Of a DNA stretch of 37,219 nt, positions 27,903 through 37,219 are shown one piece after another (the first letter of the stretch is position 1; each line of letters starts with the position of its first letter). The position numbers and the translations under genes were made by a program. The notes beneath the pieces were generated by a model that was not told where the DNA came from, did no database searches, and saw only the letters and a list, made by a program, of their open reading frames with translations. Source of the DNA: Guillardia theta CCMP2712 (taxonomy: Eukaryota; Protista; Cryptophyta); contig NW_005434403.1 of NCBI RefSeq assembly GCF_000315625.1, positions 1 to 37,219 on the forward strand, read 5' to 3'.

Positions 27903-27990
27903 GCGCAGTCTTTACTCGGTCGGAAGTTAAGTTAAAGATCAGTAGCTGATACCTTCACTTAACTGCGCGCAGGACAATTCCCCCCCCAAA
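27903..27990. mobile_element. Collapsed hairpin form of the dispersed element
   Basis: AGTTAAGTTAAAGATCAGTA-GCTGATACCTTCACTTAACTGCGCGC is the two ends of the 31489-31666 copy joined without the internal body. Confidence 0.6.
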
Positions 27991-28388
27991 GTCAGGAACA
28001 ATGAGAAGGAAAGGAGCTCCTATCGAATCTTTGTTTGTCGCTCTGAGTTTACTTTCACAAGCCAGTGCCTAAAGCCCTCTACGTACGTGTAAGGTGACCC
28101 ACTGCAAACGTGATCGGACTGTAAGCCAGTCGCAAGGTGACCCAGTAAGCCAGTCGCAAGGTATCGCATGGCCCGCAAGGCTGACTGTCCTCGAGGCCTT
28201 TACACCAGCCTCCTCCTGCCCCTTTCTTGGCACTAGGATATCCCCCCCACCCCACCCCTCCCCGCACGTGACCTCCGCATCGAGTTTTTGGTTTTAAGGA
28301 GGTTTTAAAAAGACTCTCGCCCCCTTCGGAATATTCTACTCTGGTCCCTCGCTCGCTCGCTCCCTCCCTCCCTCCCTCCCTCCCTCCC

Positions 28389-29053
28389 CCTCCCATGCGC
28401 TCCCAGCCCTCCTTCAGCATCTCCCTCCCTGACCCCTCCGCCCTCTTCCTCCCTGCCGCATCCTCTCCCTCCCCCTCTCGCCCCAGGCTCAGGCTCTCTG
28501 CCGCACTCGTCCCTTGCTCGCGGCCAGCGACGTCCAAGCCCCCGACGAGCATCAACGAGGAGGCCTTCTGCCTCAGCAACATCCTCGCGGCACGCAAGCG
28601 CGCCAGGGGGCAGGGAGCTCTGACGACGGGGAGGCTGCGGAGGAACGTGTCAGCGCAGGACGTGACGGAGGGGGCAGCGATGCTGCTGGAGGGCAGGGAA
28701 GAGGACGTGGTAAAGGAGGAGGAAGAGGAGGAGGTAGAGAAAGACAAGAGGACGTGGTAGATGATGAAGAAGAAGGTGATGATGATGAGCAGGAGGAGGG
28801 GGTAACTTAGGCACCAGAGATGATTTGGTTTTGTACAGATCAGTAAAGAGAGGACGCGCGTATGGAACCTTGTTTGCTATGACACAATCACAAGCGCTGA
28901 GCTCCCGGCGAGATGTACCAAGACGAGCATGCATCATCAGCGCGTGTGCTGGAAGGGACTTGTAGGAGGTTGACTGCAGACTCGACTCGATCGCCGCCGA
29001 GCCTTCGGCGCCCTCGGCTGCCATGTTGGTCGACGGGCGTGTTGACCTCCGAC
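28389..29053. repeat. Longest copy of a locally triplicated segment (possible degenerate gene)
   Basis: The first ~300 bp recur at 30125-30423 and the last ~240 bp recur at 27060-27298. Confidence 0.9.
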
Positions 29054-29108
29054 ATCGAAGTAGAGACGTACAGCTCCTCACAAGCTGATACCTGACTCTC
29101 ATCGGGCT

Positions 29109-29557
<449 letters not shown>

Positions 29558-30124
29558 AGGAGTCCGCATGAGGTGTGACGGTAGAGCAAGCCTACTCTTC
29601 TCCTCTCTCCTCCCTGTGCGAGGGTCTGGTATAAGACACATCGCACATTGAGACGAGGCCGCTCCGAGCCCACCAGCCAACTTCATCCGTTGGAGGAGGA
29701 TCAGAGGGGACTAGCGCCAGCTCGATCAGCTCGCAGAGGTCGATCTCAGCTTGACAAGGGTCAAGCAACTCTAGGAGCAGCCTACTCTGAGAGTGCAGTA
29801 CCACTAGCGTCAAGACTCTTCGCCTTTCAGTCAAGCCCATCGGTCTGTTTGTCCCCCAGCAGAAACGTCGGGACGCGGGCCCGAAGGCGCTGCATGTTTG
29901 ACCTCCGCATCTCTCAGATCCCAACTGGCGCGATTTCGAGTGTCTTTTTTAGCTCGCTCTCTCTTGTTCGCCTTCTTCAAAACCCCGAGAAGCTCGCTCC
30001 TGTGTATCCTGCTCCCTACCTGCCTCCCTCAATCCTCTCCGCGCTGTACGGATCTCAACATCTCCAGCTTTCGCTTTTCCGTCACCTTGATTCCTGCTGC
30101 TCCTCTCCGGGGGGCCTTCCTTCC

Positions 30125-30423
30125 CCTCCCATGCGCTCCCAGCCCTCCTTCAGCATCTCCCTCCCTGACCCCTCCGCCCTCTTCCTCCCTGCCGCATCCT
30201 CTCCCTCCCCCTCTCGCCCCAGGCTCAGGCTCTCTGCCGCACTCGTCCCTTGCTCGCGGCCAGCGACCTCCAAGCCCCCGACGAGCATCAACGAGGAGGC
30301 CTTCTGCCTCAGCAACATCATCGCGGCACGCAAGCGCGCCAGAGGGCAGGGAGCTCTGACGACGGGGAGGCTGCGGAGGAACGTGTCAGCGCAGGACGTG
30401 ACGGAGGGGGCAGCGATGCTGCT
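30125..30423. repeat. Near-identical duplicate of 28389-28687
   Basis: Same MRSQPSFSISLPDP...GAAMLL translation in both ORF-track entries, with only a few substitutions. Confidence 0.92.
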
Positions 30424-30807
30424 GAGGGGAAGGAGACAACAGTGAAGTCGCTCTAGATCAGATGTATCAGATCTTTATATGGGGTCGTGTTGTCATTCAT
30501 ACTTGCACTGGGAATTCTTGGGACGTTGACTAATTGTGGAGTTACGGATCGCAAGCTTGAAGGAGAATCGCCTTCATCTTGTTGCCTATGATGAATTCTC
30601 CTTCTTCATCTGGCATGAAGAACGGGACGTCACGGATGCTTTTATTCGATACTCCTTATTTCAACCCCTAGTTACCGTATTTCTTCTTGCCTTCTTTCTT
30701 CTTACCCTCTCATCCTGTGCGCAGTAAGAGTGGTGTTAGTGTTCTAAATTGAGTTGGTTTTGTTTACATCAACTACACTGTCAAACCGTGCTTGATCTTC
30801 TCCATCT

Positions 30808-31444
30808 CCTACAAGTCTTTCTGATTCAAAGTTCCTACAAGTCTTTATGATTCAAAGTTCCTACAAGTCGTTATGACTCAAAGTTGCTACAAGTCTTTAT
30901 GACTCAAAGTTCCCACAAGTCTTTATGACTCAAAGTTCCCACAAGTCTTTATGACTCAAAGTTGCTACAAGTCTTTATGACTCAAAGTTCCTACAAGTCT
31001 TTATGACTCAAAGTTCAAGTTGCTACAAGTCTTTATGACTCAAAGTTGCTACAAGTCTTTATGACTCAAAGTTCCCACAAGTCTTTATGACTCAAAGTTC
31101 AAAGTTGCTACAAGTCTTTATGACTCAAAGTTCCCACAAGTCTTTATGACTCAAAGTTCCTACAAGTCTTTATGACTCAAAGTTCCTACAAGTCTTTATG
31201 ACTCAAAGTTCCTACAAGTCTTTATGACTCAAAGTTCCCACAAGTCTTTATGACTCAAAGTTGCTACAAGTCTTTATGACTCAAAGTTCCTACAAGTCTT
31301 TATGACTCAAAGTTGCTACAAGTCTTTATGACTCAAAGTTGCTACAAGTCTTTATGACTCAAAGTTGCTACAAGTCTTTATGACTCAAAGTTCCTACAAG
31401 TCTTTATGACTCAAAGTTGCTACAAGTCTTTATGATTCAAAGTT
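30808..31444. repeat. Minisatellite: 24 tandem copies of 26-bp (C/G)C(T/C)ACAAGTCTTTATGACTCAAAGTT
   Basis: Head-to-tail units with no spacers; two slippage insertions (CAAGTT, CAAAGTT). Confidence 0.97.
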
Positions 31445-31480
31445 CATGATTCAAGGGCCAAGTTCCTACATGCGTTCTCT

Positions 31481-31695
31481 TTATTCAAAGTTAAGTTAAA
31501 AATCAGTACGAGGACAATCAGGAGAGTCGAGGAGGCTTGACCCTGACACTGTCGCACAGGCCAAACGGCGAGAAGAGAAAAGACAGCGAGAACTAAACCC
31601 AATCCTGCCGCCGCTGCTGTCCCCCAAACCGTTGAAGGGAGCTGATACCTTCACTTAACTGCGCGCGGGACCGGGACATTCACTTAACTGCGCGC
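31481..31695. mobile_element. Short dispersed element (MITE-like), copy 2, with imperfect TIRs
   Basis: Left end AGTTAAGTTAAAAATCAG; right end, reverse-complemented, AGTTAAGTGAAGGTATCAG. Body shared with 15140-15306; TTCACTTAACTGCGCGC is duplicated at 31650 and 31679. Confidence 0.65.
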
Positions 31696-32328
31696 CATGC
31701 CAGCGATGTCGCTTGCGGGCTGACGAAAGATCCGCCCTGGACATGCGTTCAAGTCGGACGCCCCCCAGCCCACCCCCCGCCCCCGTACTACTGAGGCTGA
31801 ACTGAGAGCCCGGGGCTGAGCCGCGGGGCCGGTAGGGTGACCGTGACACGGACGGACCGTACTCCCGGACGCACGGCACGGCCCGGCCTGCCTGGGCCGA
31901 TTCACTTTGAGCCGACCCGCCTCAGCGCAGGATAGAAGTCAGGAGGCCGACGATGGTTTAAAGGTAAGAGAAGACGATCAGTCGGACAAGAGCGAGAAGA
32001 GGAAGAGAGGGAGGAAGTGCGAAGAGGAGGAGACAACAAGAGCAGAAGAGTGCTTGACAGCTTCAAGACATGTTCGTGCGATGGGGTTGAGAGGAGAGGT
32101 TGTGCCGAGGAATCGATGAAGCGAAAGTAAGAATCCTGAGGTTTCATGTGATGTGAAAACGCGGATCGAAGAATCCAATGGGCAGTGGCGATGATGATGT
32201 AGCGATGACGATGTAGCGATGACGATGTAGCGTACGAAATGATGACGGATACTTCAAGTCCGAACAAACAGGAAGGTTGTCTTGTGAACATTTTCTCTCT
32301 CTACAGACCGAGTGCGGATTACCAGAGC

Positions 32329-32936
32329 ATGTCAGGGAACGGACGGCTGATCCTTACCTTGCTCTTCGCTCTGTGCGTGCTGGACCCAGCATGCGAGGCG
32401 TTCACCAACCTCTCGGTGAGAGCGCTGCTCTATCTCCATCCTCCTAGCTCTCCTGACGTGAGCAGAAATACAATGTAGGACAAGGAAGAAGGACCGCGAT
32501 AAAGCAGCAGATCTCCTACCCTCGACCAGCAAGACGCAACTTGTTTTCACGACTTGTATGCTACTCTACTCTGACCGTCTTGGAACGCTGACACGCTCAC
32601 GCTGACATAGAAGTCCTCTCTGCCTGTGGCTGCTCCATGGGCTGAAAACATCGCCAGCTCCATTGCGCAGGTCCTGCCTGATCCTCTTGCTCAAGATGTC
32701 GCCTGCACTATGTTGGGAGTGAGTGTCAGACGAGGATGTGAGAGGTGCTGTTGGAGGTTGTGGTGATGTTTGTGTCAAGGTTGTTGGAGCAGGAGCCTGG
32801 CTGGCGATCTGGAGCAACCTGGCCAAGTATGGGATGATCGACCCTAAAGTGTCGCGCAAGGTTCGTGATTACCCGGAAGAAGTGATGGTGGTGGTGGTGA
32901 TGATGATGAAATGGAGGAGGAGGAGCAGCAGGAGCA

Positions 32937-32982
<46 letters not shown>

Positions 32983-35247
32983 GGGTTTGGGGTGAGGAGG
33001 AGATTGTTGAGGTAGAGGAGCAGGAAGACTTTAATGATGATGAAAATGCGGGATGACAAAGTTAGAGACGGAGACGAAGATGACGTTGTCTGTCAGATTG
33101 TTCATTGCGGGAGTGGACCTCTCTTCCTCCTGACCTGGCCTCTTTTCTCCTCTTCGCACACAGCTCCTCTACTCGCCTCCATCGGTCTTTCCGTCCAGTC
33201 CGCAGCCGACTCTGACGAGCTCCCTGCAGTCCCGACCATCAACGCTCTGCGCCTTGTGAGCGCGGGAGGAGGAGTAGGAAGAACATTGTCGGCACTTGGA
33301 TTCACTCAGGCCGGAGAGGAGGAGGGTCGAGGGGAGAGTGACGGGAGGAGGTAGAGAGGGCAGTAGGCAAGCAGCGTTCTGATGTGATGATGCAGACGAA
33401 GAGACTCTGGGTTGGTCACAGCAATCTCTCGGTCAGGGAGGTCAGAAGAGGTGAGAAGCTGTGCTGGAGAAGGGAGGAAAGGCGGGAAGATGGGAGGGAG
33501 GGGAGAGAAGGAGGAGGGAGAGGAGGGAGGGGAGGGAAGGAGGAGGGAGAGGAGGGAGGGGAGAGAAGGAGGAGGGAGAGGAGGGAGGGAGTGGAGGGAG
33601 AGAAGAGACAAGGATGGCGAGATGTTGTGTGGTTGAGAGGGAGGATATATGGGGTGAGAAAGGAGGATGGGAGGAGAAGATGCAGAGCAACTCGACGGTG
33701 AGGAGGGAGAAGGGTCGAGATATCAGTCAGCCGGTGAGCGAGAGGGAGGAGAATAACCACCATGCCGCAGGTCATGCAGGGACCGCTGATCTACACTCTT
33801 GTCCTTCTGTGGGGAGTTGTCGGCGGTTGGCAGCAAGCTATGAGCATCACGGCTATCACGCAGGTGCTGCCTGCTCTTCCTGCCCTGTGTGAGCTGAGAG
33901 GGGGGCAGATGGCTGCTGGGGATGGACTGGCGGACATTGTTGGGAGGAGGTGAGGAGTTGCAGCTCTAGAGTTTGTCAAAGTGAGAGGGAGGGCAGGTGG
34001 GGAGTAGTCAAGTGGCCCTGGAGTGACAGCAAGAGTATCGCCGGGTCGCTCGGATTCGTCGTCGGGGCATCCGTTGGTATTTGCGAGCTTTGCCTACCAT
34101 CCTCCTCCTCCTCCTGCTCCTGCTCCTGCTCCTCCTGCTCTCCTCTCCTCTTCTCTCTCCATCAGATCCTCTCTCTGCTCCTCCTCCTACTCCCCTTGGT
34201 TCCGACTCAACTCCCCAACTTTCCTTTCTACCTGCTCCAGCTCCACCAGAGCATCGTCTCATCTCATCTCCCATACACTCGCTCCTCTTCTCTGCGACTT
34301 GTCTGTCACGTCTGCTCTGCTTAACGCTCCTCTCACCCTTGGCTCTTTTTCCTCAGTCATGATGGCTGAACTTTTGTGGTTCAATGCCTTTGGCCTTCTC
34401 TCTTTCAAAGGGACGGAAGTTTATGATAAGGTAAATCCTCCCCCTCCCTTACATCCTCCCTACCCGGGGGCCCCACCACCACCTCCTCCACAACCCCCCT
34501 CCGCCACTTCCTCTCCCACCACCTCCTCCTCCACCTCCTCCCCACTTCCTCTCCCACCACCTCCTCCTCCACCCCCTCCCCACTTCCTCTCCCACCACCA
34601 CCTCCTCCACCCCCTCCCCACTTCCTCTCCCCACCACTACCTCCTCCACCCCCTCCCCACTTCCCTCTACCCATCAGCTTTCCCCTGACCTCCCCCATCC
34701 CCTTCCTCTCTACCCATCAGCTTTCCCCTGACCTCCCCCATCCCCTTCCTCTCCCTGATTGTTTCCTTCCACCAATACCTTTCCCCCGCGCCGTCTTCTT
34801 CTCTCATCTATCTGAACCTCCTGGTCCTGATCTCTTGCTCTGTGCTCCTACTTTGTCCTCCTCTCTTTCGTCGCCTCTCCTCCTCCCTGCAGCCTCGCCT
34901 GCCTACCCTGCCGCTCTTGCCTGACTCTTGTCACTGCTCCCTGTCGCCTCTCTTCCTTGTCCCTCCTCCCTCTCTTTCTTCCTCTTCCTCTCTCCTCCCT
35001 CCCTCTCCTGGTCTCCTCCCTCTCCCCCCCCTTTCCCTCCTTGACGTCTCCTGCAGGTCATCCTCATCTCCCTTCTCTGCGCTGCAGTCGAGCTCATCCC
35101 CCTAGACAAGGTCTGTACCAGCCCTTCTCCACCTTGCCCTCGAAGTCCAGCTGAGCTCCAGCTCAGGTCCTCCCTGGTCGTCTCGGGGACGACAACGTGA
35201 CGGTGCCAGCGGTGGCGGCTGTGCTGGCGCTGCTGCTGCTGCGATGA
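32329..35247 (+). CDS. VTE5: Plastid-targeted phytol/farnesol kinase (VTE5/FOLK family, dolichol kinase-cytidylyltransferase superfamily)
   Basis: Signal peptide MSGNGRLILTLLFALCVLDPACEA-F. Spliced motifs: IDPKVSRK-IVHCGSGPLFLLTWPLFS; LVTAISRSGRSEE-VMQGPLIY; MAAGDGLADIVGRR-WGVVKWPWSDSKSIAGSLGF; AAVELIP; DDNVTVP. Stop TGA 35245-35247. Confidence 0.9.
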
Positions 35248-35950
35248 TGAAGAGCAAGCGGCGACCGTGAAGTCTAGGAGGAGGCAAGAGGGAGGGAGGC
35301 GAGGAGAAGGGGGGAGGGACCTGGGGACGAGGGCGATGAGTGGATGATGGTCACTGGGAGCCATGCAAGAAGGGGAAGCTGGATGAAGCAGATACAAGGG
35401 TGGAGAATCGATAAAAGTTACAGCTTGAATGAATACAGGAGGAAGATTGGCGGAGGAGGAGAGCGAGGAGAAGGAGCGAGGGAGGAGGGCGAGAAGCGAG
35501 GGAAGAGGGAGAAGAAGGAGGAATTCAAAGCGGAGAAGGAGGACGAGGAGTAGAGCCCGATGAAGGGGAGGGAGGTAATGATGGTAAGGAAGAGGAGGAG
35601 CCGAGCTCCAGACCTCTCCCGAGCTCTCCCACGGCTCCTCCATCCCCAAGTCGGATTGGCATGGCTTCAGCAGCTGCAGCAGCAGCAGCAGCAGCAAGAC
35701 TTTCTCGAGCTCAAGTCTCAGGAGGGTCAGAGGCGTTACGATCACTTACTAGACTTCACGCGGGCAGACAGTCGGAGGAAGGAGGAGAAGCAGCCTAGTG
35801 GGCAGAGCCCAGGGCCTGATGAGTTGAAGCCAGAGGAGAGAGAGATCAGATGGATCCAGCTCTAGCGAGCCAGGGAACTCGACGGTCTCTCTCAACTTCG
35901 ATCCTCTTCTCCCCTCTCTCCGCCTCTGAGAGCAGAAAGAACAAGGCATC

Positions 35951-36141
35951 ATGTTGTATACACAACCTTGCATAAGACCTTGAGCTCAGATGATCGTTTC
36001 ACTTTCAACAGTTTGCTTGTTTTGTTTGCTGAAATCATTCTTGGAATCGTTTGAGATTCTGAATCAAAGCTGGAATGTGAACCAATTCGCTACCATATGT
36101 TGTATACACAACCTTGTGTAAGACCTTGAGCTCAGATGATC
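35951..36141. repeat. 45-bp direct repeat pair
   Basis: ATGTTGTATACACAACCTTG(CA/TG)TAAGACCTTGAGCTCAGATGATC at 35951-35995 and 36097-36141. Confidence 0.9.
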
Positions 36142-36611
36142 TCGGGATCTCTGTTTAATAAGCACACACACTCATCAGATCAGCACCATGCTCTCTGGCA
36201 GCTGTCCGGCATCGTCATCTTGTTTCCCTACGCTACGTCCAAGGGCGTCCGGTATGAGTCGAGGATACAACACATCTGGTCCATAGAGAGAGAGAGAATA
36301 AGGCTGAACAATCGAATTCATTCCTATGCTCCGCTACTGGATTGAGACTTTGGTCAGAGTCTTCACAGTTTACACCAGGAGCCAAGATAGCACACAATAA
36401 AAACAACCTTTTTGTCGCACATTTAAAGTGGTAAATAGACAAACGTTCATTCCGAACTGTTCTAGTACACGTGACAGGTTCATTCAGAGCTTCATGACCT
36501 GGCGAAAACCTGCCCTCTTGTTGTGTTCCAGAAGAAAAAAATATGGTTGTTTATGTGATCTGACAATTGCAAGTTACAGGATCAAAAAGATTGACATAAA
36601 CGCGAGCACTT

Positions 36612-37219
36612 TCACATGTCCTGTTTGTCAATTGACACCTCAAACATACACTCATCAAGAAATCTCTGATACCATATAAGGTTGTGATACTGAATAGCCC
36701 GATCGATAACGACCAAACCACCACAAGCACGCAAACGATTGCGATTGACAAAGGAACCAGCCGTCATGCTCGCCAGCGCCCAACATGCTGCCTCCTGTAC
36801 CCCCGCGTGCTCCCCGTGCCTCTCCATCGCCCCGACTGCTGCCTCTACTGCCCCTGCCTCCCCGGCCTTGACTCTGTTTGCCAAAACATAAAAGCACATG
36901 CTCGCCAGCGCCCTGCATGCTGCCTCCTGTACCCCCGCGTGCTCCCCGTGCCTCTCCATTACTTTGACGGAAGCCTCGATCCCCCCTGCCTCCCCGGCCT
37001 TCAACTGATGTTCACAAAAATAAAACGTCCAAGAAACAATTCCCTCGCACGCTGCCTCCTGTACCCCCGCGTGCTCCCCGTGCCTCTCCATCGCCCCGAC
37101 GGCCACATGAATGGCTCCTGCATTCACAACCTCAACTTGAAAAGAAAAACAGAAAGCTATAGATGCCAGCGCCCTGCATGCTGCCTCCTGTACCCCCGCG
37201 TGCTCCCCATGCCTCTCCA
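36612..37219 (-). CDS. Armadillo-like tandem repeat protein, 3' part (frame open to the window end)
   Basis: Four 43-44 aa units, AGA.EA.V.AMERHGEHAGVQEAAC.AL.S..., typical ARM consensus; DNA period 132/132/129 bp. Confidence 0.85.
   Translation of the reverse strand, partial: ERHGEHAGVQEAACRALASIAFCFSFQVEVVNAGAIHVAVGAMERHGEHAGVQEAACEGIVSWTFYFCEHQLKAGEAGGIEASVKVMERHGEHAGVQEAACRALASMCFYVLANRVKAGEAGAVEAAVGAMERHGEHAGVQEAACWALASMTAGSFVNRNRLRACGGLVVIDRAIQYHNLIWYQRFLDECMFEVSIDKQDM

Noticed and set aside
27911-27970. 5S rRNA-like sequence (TCGGAAGTTAAG)
   Set aside because: Only about 12 nt resemble 5S; the rest matches the local dispersed element.
30808-31444. CRISPR array
   Set aside because: Units are contiguous with no unique spacers, there are no cas genes, and the context is eukaryotic.
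35300-35950. Possible gene downstream of the VTE5-like stop
   Set aside because: Low-complexity charged and Gln-rich ORFs; strand and structure could not be supported.
36770-37219. Repeat-spacer pattern resembling CRISPR
   Set aside because: Periods of 132/132/129 bp are in frame and translate to ARM-like repeats.

Overview
Gene-dense eukaryotic nuclear DNA with many ~50-nt GT-AG introns and long microsatellites inside introns. The style and a bipartite plastid-targeting presequence suggest a cryptophyte alga (Guillardia theta-like); this is inference. Most entries in the ORF track are low-complexity or antisense artefacts. Recognisable spliced genes: mitochondrial-type ribosomal protein bL34 (+), FTR1 iron permease (+), NAR1/CIAO3 Fe-S assembly factor (+), an ankyrin-repeat protein (-), a full-length ABCB/MDR transporter (+), a tetraspanin-like fragment (-), a plastid-targeted phytol kinase VTE5-like gene (+), and an armadillo-like repeat protein running off the right edge (-). 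The most striking signal is at 7800-9020 (-): nine consecutive phase-0 micro-exons (eight of 3 nt, one of 6 nt), each with canonical YAG/GT ends, that splice into a Cys/His-rich domain invisible to ORF finders. Also present: a dispersed TIR-bearing element family whose end motif is associated with tandem repeats (a 24 x 26-bp array and a 3 x 13-bp array), a ~148-triplet CTG/CAG tract within triplicated fragments, and recurrent CCGG-rich intergenic islands. All gene models were spliced by eye.
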